Assembly: GCA_002269645.1 (NCBI GenBank)
Contig: NIVC01004572.1
Span: forward strand, 1-41,721
Direction of reading: 5' to 3'
Length of the DNA: 41,721 nucleotides
From: Macrostomum lignano
Lineage: Eukaryota
Positions 1 through 19,707 of the stretch are shown in pieces; the first letter of the stretch is position 1; every line of letters starts with the position of its first letter. Made by a program: the position numbers and the translations under genes. The notes beneath the pieces were generated by a model that saw only the letters and a program-made list of their open reading frames with translations, ran no database searches and had not been told where the DNA came from.

Positions 1-151
1 ACCGGGTTGAAATTGCTGTCGCCAAACCGATTGAGGTGTATCGTCCTTCCTGTCTCGTTTTTGTTTCTGGTCTGGAAAAAGCGCAAACTTGAAATCATGA
101 GATGCTGAAGAGAATTCACAGATGCATTTTTTATATCCGCCCTCACCCCAG

Positions 152-3100
152 TGAACGGAGGCTGGGCGCAGTGGAGCGCCTGGGGCAGCTGCTCCAGGAG
201 CTGCGGCTCTGGCCTGGTGCAGCGCAGCCGCGGCTGCACCAACCCTGTGCCCGAATTTGGGGGCGACGACTGCGCTGGCGAGGCTGTCCAATCCACCGCC
301 TGCGACATCCCCGCTGCCCCGGTGAGGCCCGCCCTGCCCCAAACACCGCCTGCGACATCCCCGTCTGCCCCGGTGCCCGCCCTGCCCCAAACACCGCCTG
401 CGACATCCCCGTCTGCCCCGGTGAGGCCCTCCCTGCTCTCTACCGGGTACTGCTCAGGATGACCCCTCAGCTCCCAGCTGACTTTTAAAGCTGATTAATC
501 GGGTCGTCAGGCTGTTTAACGGCTCTGCAGCCCCGACCCACGAAGCCTCCCGAGAGTCAAAAAGTCACTGGAATCACAGAAATTCATGAGTTTTTTGTTC
601 CATCTTTTTGTTAACTAGTTTGTTTCTTGATATTCTGTTTGACCTTTTCGTTCGCAAAGATTTACCTTTCTGCCAATCTGCCTTAAAAGCGAAGTGTAAC
701 TGAGCCGTCTGCCAATTCAATTCCATTCCCAATTCAATTCCAGTGAACGGAGGCTGGGGGCATGGGCCAGTGGGGCGACTGCAGCCTTAGCTGCGGTGGC
801 GGCAACCAGCTGCGCTCTCGTCAGTGCGACTCGCCGAGACCGCAAAACGGCGGAGGAGCCTGCGTTGGCACCGCCAGTGACGGCAGGCAGTGCAACACGG
901 ACCCCTGCCCAGTGAGTGCCCTCGTTTGTCCACACAAATTACGCATGTCTTCAGCACCACTCGACTGACTTCGGGCTTTCAACTTAGAGTTTTACCTGAA
1001 AGCAAGTCACACAGACATCCGCCCTCCGACTGCAGTTGACGGTGGCTGGTCAGCCTGGAGCGAGTGGTCCGGCTGCTCCACCAGCTGCGGTACCGGCAAG
1101 TCGACCAGGCAGCGTGGCTGCTCGAGCCCTGTGCCGCAGTTTGGCGGCCGGGGCTGCTCAGGCAGCGGCTCAGACATTCGCGACTGCCAACAAGGGCCCT
1201 GTCCAGGTGCGTTTCCTTGACCACTGACGTGACTTGGTCTTTCATGAATATATCTATGTATGAAAATATTGTGGCATGGAATCGCTTCCGATTTTATGTG
1301 CTCATCAACAGTGCACGGAGGCTGGAGCGAGTGGACCGAGTTCTCGAACTGCTCCGTAACCTGCGGCAATGGAACCCGTAGCCGGAGCCGCAGCTGCAGC
1401 AGCCCGGCCCCCCAGTACGGTGGCCGCTTTTGCCTGCCCTGCACCGCAAACCTTACCTATCCGGAGTCTGCCGACAACGCCTCTGTCTCTTTGGCAACTG
1501 TTGTCAAGGACTACGTGAGCGTTGAGGACAATTGCTCCTACAAGGGAAACTACTATGAGGTGGACGGCGATCTCATAATTTGGGACGATGACGTTCAGTA
1601 CGCGAACTGCAGCATGGAGCCCTGCATATGTGAGTCACCCCATCGTAGGTCCTTTGGTCTCCCTATAAATTAGCGATTGCACATTTACTTCGTACCTCAA
1701 CCCTCTCAATACGCAGCGACCCTTGCTGACAAGGCCAACAGTTTCGTTGACGAATTCCTCAAAGGCCTGAACAACTCAGGGACCAACAAATCCGTAAGTG
1801 CAGGAGAGCCCCTAGTTGCAATTTCGCTCAATTACTTTGCACCTATTTTGTAATTGCGGCTGCATCTTCTCTCTACGCTGGCCCGCAGGACTCGGAGTCC
1901 ATGAAGGCCGCACAGGAGATGGTGAACAAGATTACAAACCTGTTGGCAGATCAGCTGAAGAACGCGGAGGTGGGTAAGCCTGTGATGATCGACGCCAAGG
2001 GCGTCTCCGTCGGCGTGTCGAAGGTGAACTCGTCCAACATGGCGGGCTCCGAGATGAAGTCCGGTGACAAGGGCGGCATCGTGCTGGGCGACGCAGAAGA
2101 TACCGGGGTCGAGGGCCAGGACGCCAGTCTGAAGTTCTCAGCCCTGGACCCAAAGACCTTCTTCCCGGGCGCCGACAAGAAGGACCAGTCCGCGGCAGTT
2201 GTTTCCCTCAACCTGGCCCAGGGAACTGAAGTGAGTTGGGCTTTTCCCGGCCATCAGTGCTGAGCCAGAACCCAAAATGTCTCCTGGAAATCTGATTCAT
2301 TTCATTATGGTAATTGATTTTAGGTGGTGAAGCCAAGCAACGCCTCAAAGGTGTCGCTAACGCTATCGCTGCCCAACCAGAACCAGGAGACCACCGAGAA
2401 CCTGCTGCAGCCGGTGGCCATGAAGCGTGGCAAGCGGATGGTGCAGAAGTTCACGTTCGAGGCGGCGAACACTGCCATCAAGGTATGAGCAGCCTCACTG
2501 CATTGTCTGAAAAATCGTGCTGTGAGACAGTGCGCAGAAAAGTTAGCTGAGCTCCGATGAAGAAATGAAGAAAAACCGAAAGCTCAGAGAAAAGCCGGGA
2601 TGCATTAGCGGGACCTTTCAATGAATTTGCCGCCCCGCCCCTCAGGCGTCACTGGAGCTGCCATCTTCGGACTCCTACCTGATGATGTTCCGAGGCGGCG
2701 TCCCGGCCAACTTCAGCAAGCAGGCGAACTTTACGGCTTGGGTGCACTCAAACGAAACCATGAAGATCGAGACGGACGGCAGCCTGGAGGTCCGGCTGAA
2801 GTTCGACACCGCCTTGGCGGCTGCTCGGCGGCGACGGCGACGCGAGACAGCCTCGCCGGAGAAGCCGCTGACGCTGAGCGTGTTCATCCCCGGTGGCCAG
2901 ATGGCGGCGGGCAGCGCCGTTTTCATGTCGCTGGAGCTCGCGGACAACGGGACGGGCGGCAGCGTCCGGCAGCAACGTGACGACGGAGTCGGCCAACATG
3001 AGCCTGACGGTGGGGGTGCGTCCATTACGCCGAGGGCGTGGAGCGACCTGCTGGGAGCTGGGTGACACGGACGCAGAGGTGGCGGAGGAGTCCAGCATCG

Positions 3101-6100
3101 AAAAGATGGTGTTCAAGAGCAACTTCTCGGCTCGTACTCGGGCAAGATGTTCATCGCGCCCAACACCATCAATTTTGCCACCGTTTTCAACAACTTCGCG
3201 GGCAAGCTGGCTGAGAACTTTGTCACGCTGTTGGTGCTGTGTCTCATATAGGCATCTACGTGGTCGTCTCCGTCTGGATGTGGCGACTGGACCGACAGGA
3301 GGCTGCCAATGTAAGTGCCAGCAGGCTGGGACTACGGCAAATTTGGATTACTTGCCACTGGGTCTCCGCATGTATAGGCCTTATTAGGCAGTGTCGGTGT
3401 TACGTTGAACATATGTGGTACAGTCACACAGTATAAATTCCCTTAAGCTGTGCACAAAGCTGCCTGAGCAATAATAAAGATCTAAGGATGATTTGGATTG
3501 CCAGAGTGAGCTAAGGGGACAGTGGCTAAGTGTTAGCTAAAATTAACATATTTATTTGAGAGTTAACGCAAGCGCTAGTTCCTCTGAGATGGAAGAGTTT
3601 TGTTTTTACTGCAAGATTTATACTTTTTATTTCGAGGCTATGAGCTAAGTAGCCGATCTTTGTACACACTGCATGCTTCAACAAATGGAATGATTGGCAC
3701 AGCATGCGGTCTCAACCCAATCCACTCACTCAGCTGCGGTATGAGCCCCTGGAGGACAACGAGTTCGACAATGACTACACCTTCATCATCAGCGTGTACA
3801 CCGGGGACGAGTCCGGCGCCGACACCACCTCGAATGTGTTCATCAACCTTGCGGGCACCTGGGGCTCTTCTGGCAAGCGCCAGCTGTCTGACGGAGTGCG
3901 CCAGAACTTCTCCCGCGGCTCCGTCTGCAACTTCGCAATGACCACCAGGGCTCCTCTCGGCGAGTTGCGCGGCCTGAAGGTCTGGCACGACAACAGCGGC
4001 AAAAAGCCGGGCTGGTTCCTGGAGAAGATACTCATCGAGGACCTGCAGACCAAGAAGAAGTGAGTTTCTTCTTGTCTTTCTTCCTATCTAGCTCGTGTTC
4101 AGCATGTCCGCCCTTTTGCCGCTTGGCTGGTTTGTTGCTTTTACAACACTGTGTGGTGGCTTTCAAACTGGATCATCGTTTCAGATGTATCTGTATATGC
4201 TCATATTAGTCATGAGTCTCTCCTCGGAACACTGCGATTCCGGTGGAGGTTCATAGATTCGAGGAATGCACAGGAACCCACTAAATGCCCACAATTTCAC
4301 TATTTCAGGAAACTTCACATCTTTAAAATGCTGGCCTATTTTCATAACCCTTAATTCTGGGCATATCAGGGTGTAAAGAAAGCAAAATTAGGGATAGAAT
4401 TAGGGATAGAAGGTGGAAATTTTATTTGAATAGTACAAAGCCTAGCGATTTTTGCGCCTTCCACTAAATTCATTGCTAAGTCTACGACAATGCGACAATT
4501 TAGCCAATTTAGCACAAGACGTTCAATGTGCTACACAGTCTGAATCTGCAAATTCCTTGCCCAAACTCACCTGCAGCTATGTCTTCATGTGCGATCAGTG
4601 GCTGGCTGAAAACAAGTTTGACAGCCGTACCATGCGGGTGCTGCCCGAGGTGAAGCAGGACCAGCGCTTCCAGGAGATGATGCTGCGGTACAAGGCGGGC
4701 GGGGTGGTCAACAAGCACGTGATCACGGCGCTTTCCGCAAGACCGGCCAGTCTAACTACTCCCGGCTGCAGCGCACAGGTGTGGCCAACGCCATGTTCTT
4801 CCTCACAATGGTGTGCAATGCCATGTGGTACGGCAAGGGAGACGACCTGGATGCCGAGGCTAACTTCAGCATCGACCTCGGCCCGATTTCGGTCACCTGG
4901 TTCCAGCTGTACTCTGGCATTCTCTCCATGGCCATCACCTACCCCTGCATCTTCGCGGCGGCTGAAATCTTCCGCCGAACAAAGAAATGGCAGCGTCGCT
5001 GGAGCGAGGACGATGTGGAGAGCAAGAAGAAGGAAATTCGGCTGCCCAAGGGCTTCCTGGTCATCGGCTGGGGCCTCCTGCTCCTGGGCGTAGGGCTGAG
5101 TTTCTTCTTCACCTTCCTTTACAGCATCGAATGGGGCAAGGAAAAGGCCAACGGCTGGCTCAAGAGCTTCTTCCTGGGAATCCTGCAGTTGGTGGTGGTC
5201 ACAGATCCCATCTGCCTGCTTATCGTGTTCGTCGTGGCCAAGAAGATCTTCGGCCAGAAAGAGTCGGAGGAAAACGTCTTCGAGCTGGATGATCTCATTA
5301 ATGATGATCTCAAGCAGGTGAGGAGCCGAAACGATATGTTAATTGGTGGTAGTTATAGATAATTTAGTTCCGTATCTCTATTCTTGTAGCTATCTTTGAA
5401 AAGCTACAGCAATAAATGCTATTTTGATGTATCTTCCTTCATGCGGCATTTGTCTGTCCTCGCTCCGATCACAACAGTTGCTGCCATCTAAATGGTGCTT
5501 CCACAACTCATGCCACACCTTACACACTTTCAGGTCCTGGATGGCACTGAATACGCTCCCCCGGACCCGACTCGGATGGAGGAAATCCGAGCTGAGCGCC
5601 GAAACAACCAGAAGATGTCGCAGACATTCACGGACGTGATGTCCTATGTGGTGTACATGTTCCTCCTCGTCGCTCTGGCTTACGACTCACGTGACCAGGT
5701 CAGCTTCCGCCAGAACCAAAACTTAAAAGACCAATTCCTCACGGCCGCGCCAACCCGGTTCAATGACTTTAAGCACGTTTTCGACTGGCTGAATGGCAGC
5801 ATCGTGCCCAGACTGTACCGAACCACCGAATACAACGGCGAACCACTCACTGGAGACCTCAAAGATGCGATCGACACGTGTGACTGCATCAAGCAGGGAC
5901 CATTCAGGCTGAGGCAGCTGAGGGTCAATCCACGTGAGTCTAGGCTTTCCTAGTTGAAAATATTTGGGACTTATAGGATCCACTGCTTCTGGGGTTGCCA
6001 CTGGATGGATTTAGCAGGTGGCTGCAGCAACCAGCCCTATCTCCCACAGGCAAGTGCCCGGTAACGTGGCCGTTCAAGGCGTACCCCCAGAAATCGTGGA

Positions 6101-9100
6101 TCTGCTCATCGGACTTCTCTCCCCAAGCGGCGGACCAGGCGGTTTACCGTCCGCTGTGGCTGCCCGACAGCAACGGCTGGGTGCGGAATGCGTCATTGCA
6201 AATGCGGGCAAAGTCGCAGATCAAGCGAATGCGGCCGGATGAAATCGTTCTACAAGCCTTTTGGTACCGTAGCGCTGACTCCATGATGAGCTTCCCGTTC
6301 GAGGGCGCCTTCACAACCTACCCGGGTGATGGCTATGCAGCCACGCTCGGGCTCAACAGTGCTGAGGCCATGTGAGTCCCAAACTCAAACGCTCACGCTG
6401 CTGAACGCTGTAGTTTTGTGAAAAGTGGCGGTGTGAAAAACTTGCAAAAACGAAGCATATTCTCCCTGGTTTGAAGCGAAATGCATACAAACGCCTTAAA
6501 ACTTTTTTCGTTTTTTTCCTATCGTGGACCCACAGGTGGATCATCAACCGGCTGCGGGCCACCAACTGGTTGGACGAGAAGACTCGAGCCATGTTCCTGG
6601 AGGGCACGGTGTACAACGCCAACACCAACCTGTTCACCACCATACAGATCCTGTTGGAGTTCCCGGCCGCAGGCGGAATTCTCACCTACAAGAACGGAGT
6701 CCGCACCTACCGCCTGTACAACTACACCGGCGGCAAAGGCATCATCCTCATGGCCATGCAGGGCCTGTTCGCCCTCATCTGCCTGTACCAGATCTATCGG
6801 GAGACGCGCAGCCTTCTCACGCTACGACTCAAGTACTTCGATGACCTGTGGAACAAGATCGAGTTCGTTAACATCCTGCTGTGCATCACAATCATGATCA
6901 CGTACGGCATCCGCATCAAAATCACCATCGACTCCATCGAGCTGATGATGAACAATAGGGGTGAGGGGCGGTGCTCGATTTAGTGAATTTGTTGTGAATT
7001 CTATTCCTGGCTGCGTGGCGTTTAAAATTTTTGTTTTGCTAGGTGGAAAAACACGCTGTTGTCACAATAACTCAACAGAAGTTCTAAAACAGCACAATTC
7101 CATCCCTTCAGCATGCTGTTGTTTCCCTGCGTCCCTTCAGTCCTCAGTTTAAGTTGTTGCCGTGTTTCATACACTAGTGCTTGGGAAAAAATGCTGGAGA
7201 ACAACAGACAGCTGTATTAATTCCCTTTCCCACAGGAATGTACGTGGCTTTCGACAACGTTATTGAGTGGGTAGAGGCAACATGCGTGGCCATGGCTCTA
7301 AGTGTGTTCCTCACGATCTTCCGGGTGCTGAAGTTCTTGGGCTTCAACAAGCACATCGCCATCCTGCTCGCCACCGTGAAGCAGTGCGCCCACCAGTTGT
7401 CCTCGTTCGGCGTCGCCTTCGTGCTGATCATGGCGGCCTTCCTGTCGGCTGGCACGATCCTGTTCTCGTTCACCGAGGCCAGCTTTGCCTCCGTGCTGTC
7501 CAGCTGCCGTTCGCTCTTCACCACCGCACTCGGCATTCAGGGTTACACGCAGATCTTCGTCAACAGCCAGGGCACGACTGCCAGCCTCATCTTTTTTGGC
7601 GGCTGGTCTTGCCTGGCGGTCTTTTTTCTGGTGTCAGTCTTCGTGTCCATCCTCACAGACACCTACAGCGTCGTGGTCAGCGACGGCCTCTATAGCTACG
7701 ATGAGGAGTTTGTCAACCACATGTGGAGCAAGTGAGCAAAGTGGTCAAGTGCACCTACTCCCGAATGTGTTAAGTGTAGTTGGTAGGAACTGGTCTTCGA
7801 AGAGTTTTGGAGCACATGGAATGTTGTATGCTGGTGGTGTTCATGGATTAGTCCGGTCCATGTGTTAGTGTGCTATGCACTGGTCTGGCGTATTTGCGTG
7901 CCAATCTGTTGGGGCTTTAACTACATACTTGCAGCATGTGTCGCTAGGCTAACCAGCCTTGATCATTCATTTACCTCATATTGGAATCCAAAATGCACTA
8001 TGCTGCAAAATCATGCTTTCGAAACTACAGATTCATGGGTACTATGGCCAGCATTACGTCAAAGAAGGACGAGCTGGGCGAGGCGCTGCAGAAGAGTGTC
8101 AGCGCTGTCAAGCGTCGAATGGGTGAGCCTAAGTTCAAGGATCAGATACATAACAATCCGTTGCTTTCACTGCTGCTAATTTCTTTTCGCAGTGACGGAG
8201 GACGACATCGAGATTCAGCTTAATGAGGACCGGCGCCAGGAGTCCGTTGGCGGGGCCGAGGAGAGCTCTGGCGGCAAAAAGGCAAAAGACAGTAAGCCTT
8301 GCTCAGTTCTTGGAGCCGGAGACTACTCGTATTTATGGATGTACTAATTAGACATAGCTCGTAAAAGTATCTCCAGCACAGCATGTTAAAAGTTCGCGTT
8401 TGCGGGTTCGCTCAAATTAGCAAGTATCCACAGAATGACACGTGCAAACATATAAAAAGTGCTCTCGAACATAAAGAGCATGTAACCCTACATCTCCCCT
8501 TCTCCCCTGGCCCGCAGTCAACCCCGGGCTCAAGATGAAGCTAGCGGTGGTAAACAGGGACAAGCCGGAGACCGGAGAAAGCTACGTCTGGACGCCCAAA
8601 GAGACGGGAGATGAGGTGCTCGTTGACGCCGGTGAGCTGAGCGCCGTTGCCACAGAGGACGCGGAGCCGGACTGGATCCCCAGGTTCAAGTCAACCGCAC
8701 TGGACTTGCAGCCGCCAGGACTTGACGACAGCGGGGCGTCGGCTTTCCGCTTTGACCCGCTGGGCGACAGCGCCAGGTCCGGCCTGCACCTTCTGTCGTC
8801 GAAGCCTGCGGCTCTGCCACCACTGCAGGTGAGTTGCTTTGGTGTGCAAAAAGATAGCGCTCAGAGTCAAATACAGCTTCGAGCGCGTCCATGAGTGAAT
8901 CCAATAAGGATCACTAAGGAAAAAGCTCACAATAAGGATGATTAAGGATGATCTGGATGATTAAAATACGTGTACTTCAGCATATTCGTACTGCATTTAT
9001 CCCAAAATTGCACTGTAGCTAAAAGTTCAGTAACTGGTCAAACTTGAATTTGCTCATGCGATCTCTGTCTCGACAGGCTGATGAAAAAAAAAGCGAAAAA

Positions 9101-9183
9101 GAAATCCAAGAAGGACAAGCGGCAGCCTGGCTCAGGCTCTGGTACTGATGAGACGCCGAAGCAGCTAGACTCGGAGATTTAAA
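152..9183 (+). CDS. PKD1L: Polycystin-1-like (PKD1L family) 11-TM receptor/channel subunit with >=4 N-terminal TSP1 repeats; 5' end lies upstream of the window; several frameshifts in this sequence
   Basis: Exons read by eye with AG/GT borders: 152-321, 744-911, 1036-1206, 1312-1629, 1717-1793, 1889-2230, 2324-2482, 2646-3310, 3734-4059, 4577-5317, 5534-5933, 6050-6371, 6536-6960, 7236-7731, 8031-8122, 8193-8291, 8518-8828, 9077-~9150/9183. Peptides: TSP1 (WxxWxxCSxSCGxG..RxRxC) x4; GAIN/GPS-like region ending [16 protein letters not shown] plus TM1; PLAT/LH2 ([38 protein letters not shown]); [21 protein letters not shown]; polycystin TOP/channel ([23 protein letters not shown]; [12 protein letters not shown]; FVSILTDTY). 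Family call is from established motif knowledge. Confidence 0.9.
294..428 (+). repeat. Tandem triplication (~48-50 bp unit) of the end of a TSP1 exon plus its splice donor
   Basis: caccgcctgcgacatccccg(t)ctgccccggtg(agg)cccgccctgccccaaa starts at 294, 344 and 392; GT donors at 322, 373, 421. Confidence 0.9.
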
Positions 9184-10499
9184 GTTCAGCTCACCCGAGA
9201 TCAGAGATCTGATGCACACACACACACACCGAACAATGATCCACGTTGACTCCATTCAAAACTGATTCAAACCGACGGAAATTGAAATACCCCAATTACA
9301 CGAGACTTATTTTCTCACCTTTTAATTCACATTCCTGGCATTAAGGATCCGTGTTACGCTTCGGTCTTTTTACTTTTGGCTTCCTACTCAAAGTAGAGGG
9401 TCGCGAATCGTGCTGTCAGTTTACAATGTAGAGTTCAATCCCAATGTAGCCCGAGCAGCGCACGCCTGCAAACCCCGATTGTGAACAGAGAAATTTTCAG
9501 GCGCCAAAACAATATTCAGTTGTAGGAGCCTTAATGGTCCAGATTAAATTCTGCAGGGCCAATCGATTCCGCATTTCTGTCGAATCAATCATCGAGATCG
9601 TGACTCAGCAAACTCTGCACTGCCTTATTGTTTTAGCAGCTCCCAGTGGAGAAGAGGGTGAAATTGCTGACGGACTGACTCAGCAAGCACTGGGTGCAGT
9701 GACTGCAGCGCGGTGTGCGAAATTCCCCTAGCGAGATTCCAGTCTGCTTTTCGTCCCCTAATAAAAGCCAAAAAGCATTACTGAGGACAGAAACACTGCA
9801 GCAATTCTTCAACACACAGTTCTGTCCACAGATACTCGTAAAAGCAGAAAAATTCTTAGATTTATTTTGTCACAGAAATCAGCGAATACTCGAGCGACTG
9901 GTCGAAGGGGTCAGGCATGGGAACGTCAAGAGACTGCATTAAAGCAAGAACTGGGAATAAATGAGAGGACAGAAGGAATGCATTGACCCAGGCAGCTTGG
10001 GCTCAGCTGGGCCAGGCACAACAAGAAACAAGAAAGCAGATAAAACTGACAAGTAAAAGAATACAATATCTCAAACACCAGTTGGCGGAAGCAGTCAAAT
10101 CAAACAGTGAAGCCCCTATGGCGAGAATATGGCTGTCTCAGAAAAAAACGACATAGAAGCACAGAAGCGTAGAGCAGCAATGGCTTGAGCTGTGCTCAGT
10201 GCCAGCCCGTACAGCTAGAAGCTTGCGAGGAAGTGGGCAGAGAGAAATGAAGCCACACTGCGCCGTACAGTGGCTTGATGCCATCAAATTCGTGCCTGAT
10301 ATAAGAAGTTTATATTTGAAAATTATGTTCTTTCCACAGGAATTTAGCAGACTTTCATAGAGTTTGGAGGAAAAGGAAGAGCGGGCAATGCGAGCGGCAG
10401 GCAGGCAACTGTGAGCCCTGAAACTGTGCTTTGTCTGAACTGCAAAACTGAACAAGCAGAGCCGGTGCCGAACAGTTCGTTCAGGTGGAAAATTCACAA

Positions 10500-17460
<6,961 letters not shown>

Positions 17461-19707
17461 TTTCAATACCGAAACGAATTATTGAAAGTTGAAGAAATTT
17501 GAAACAAAGCAGAAAACGACCAGGTATATTTGGTTTTAGCACAATTTATTAAATCTGTAAAGTGTTATTAATTAGTATTGAAAGTTGAAACAATTTAATC
17601 TCAAATTACAGTTCACAGTAATAATGGTTATCAAATGGAAAATGCAAAGTAGCTGTGTTCGCAAACTAGCTAGCTGCACTAGAAAAGTAATTAACTGAAA
17701 CATTCTGTTTATGATAGGTCATAAAGTGATGTTCTTCGCAGTTTATGAATTTTGAATTTTATGAATTTTAATATTTTATACATCTATTTTACCTCTTGGG
17801 ACAGTCCAGTAATAATACTTCTTGCAAAGCTTTAATTTGTTTTACTTTCTGACGTGTTTTAACTGGGTTTTAGATGTATTTACTATCATTTTCTTCATTT
17901 AATGAAATTAAAAACTCAAAGTAAACTGATAATTCCTACTAATTGCTAGTTTTCCGTGCCTGAGATTTAGACATTATGATCACCACTCCGCTTTTTTTGT
18001 CTAGCTTAAATTGCCTTAAATAGAAGCATGCAGCTCAGCAGTAAATGTGGCTTTGGAAGGCTGCTTTCAGCAAAATCCCTACTGCAAAAGTGCTGATGGT
18101 CATCAAGTTGTCTTTGGTAATTATTTTTCGGGTTGAACACCACCTGGATCAGTTTGGAGTGGCTGCCGTACTTCATGTTGAACACTAGCAGTGAAGTCAC
18201 CACTGATCAATGAGTTTACATGTATACGTGTAGATCTGATCCCAAGTGTCAGAGCCGCGGTTAACCCGAGCTCGGAGTGCCGATCAGTTTGGCTCTTTGA
18301 AACTTTGTGATGATCAAAAAATGTAAGTCACTGCAGAGCAACGTGAAAACACCACAGGACGACCTAAATCGGAAAAAAGAAGTTATGTTAGAATACCATA
18401 TATACGGTTGAATAGGATCCGCTGGTCTTTTTTAAATTACTATTCTTATTTTCAGAATTGGCCTTTCGAATTTTAATTGTACATGGTAGAATTGCAGTGT
18501 TGATGGCAGAGATATGAATTTACATGTAAGGAAGCTTGCACGAGCCATTAATTACATGTGGTTACTTCAGTATTTACTTACCTACTTAGTACTTACTTCA
18601 CTTAAAGCTATAGCTTTTGAGTTACACTTTAATCAGAAATAACTCAGAAACAAATTGAACCGCGTTTGCAAAATGCTTTCTTTATTTGCTAAGCACTGTT
18701 GCTCTGCTCAAATAGAAAATATTTAGATAACATATGAGCTAAATTGCTATAGGCTGGGTGTTCATCACAATAGAATTTGATAATTTGCTACTGCAGGTGA
18801 AAGGGGAAGGAGGATTGGCTAGTGCATCGCAGGTCTGCACTGAAACTAAAATGGCGCACTTGACGGTATCATTTTTGAGAGTGCTTGAAGTCGGAGATGA
18901 AAGAGGATAAGATAATGGGAGGCAATTTATCTGTCTGCTCACATCGAGTCCCCTGCGCATCGCATTAACTGCAGGCACAGCTCAATCACACCACCTTGAC
19001 CGCAGCTGACTTTGAGGACGCCAACAGCCTCGGCTGCTCTGGCCCGGACCGACCTACTCAAACTATATGCTGACTCTGCTACTCAATACAAATGACACAA
19101 TGGGACGATCACAGCAGTGTTCTAATCTCATGGCTAACGATCATGAATCGCACAATAATATTCTCAGTAATTGTGCAGGCAAGTATACGTCGTAGTATTA
19201 GATGATGGCCAGCAGCGACGCCGAAGTGGAACATTCATCAATTCATTTTTTAGCTACAGCATGCATGGTTTTGCATTGGAGAAGCTTCGAGTAATCGAAC
19301 GAATCAAATGCTTTCAGTACCAAACTTCGCTCCAGTGCTTTGATTTGAAAGCTGACTGCCCGTGGTAAACGGCTGGATTACAGCCAGGGCGGCCAACACT
19401 CACCGCATACGAGAATATTCTCTGAGCCAACCCGCTGCAAAGCTGAAAATGCAACGATGAAATCGAAAGCTTTCCTAAAGGTACGCGTATCACTGAACCA
19501 TTTTGTGAGCAATAGAGGTGAGGGGCGCTGATGATAACAGGTGGGAGATGCCTTTGGCAGTCGGCCCGTTCTATGGAGTAATAATTTGCGTTAGGAATAA
19601 TAGAGGCTTGGAGTGCAGCGATTAATCAGGAAAAGAATACTATATGCCAGACTGGCAGCGATTATGCGTGAGACAAATGGGATTAGAGCGAGGTTCCGCA
19701 GATGTGG

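Noticed and set aside
152-4760. Programmed ribosomal frameshifting or RNA editing as explanation for the frame breaks
   Set aside because: Breaks are numerous, lack slippery heptamers, include a splice-site base, and cluster at the window ends.
18006-18978. Short minus-strand ORFs upstream of Rab2
   Set aside because: Short, no motifs, no convincing splice structure.
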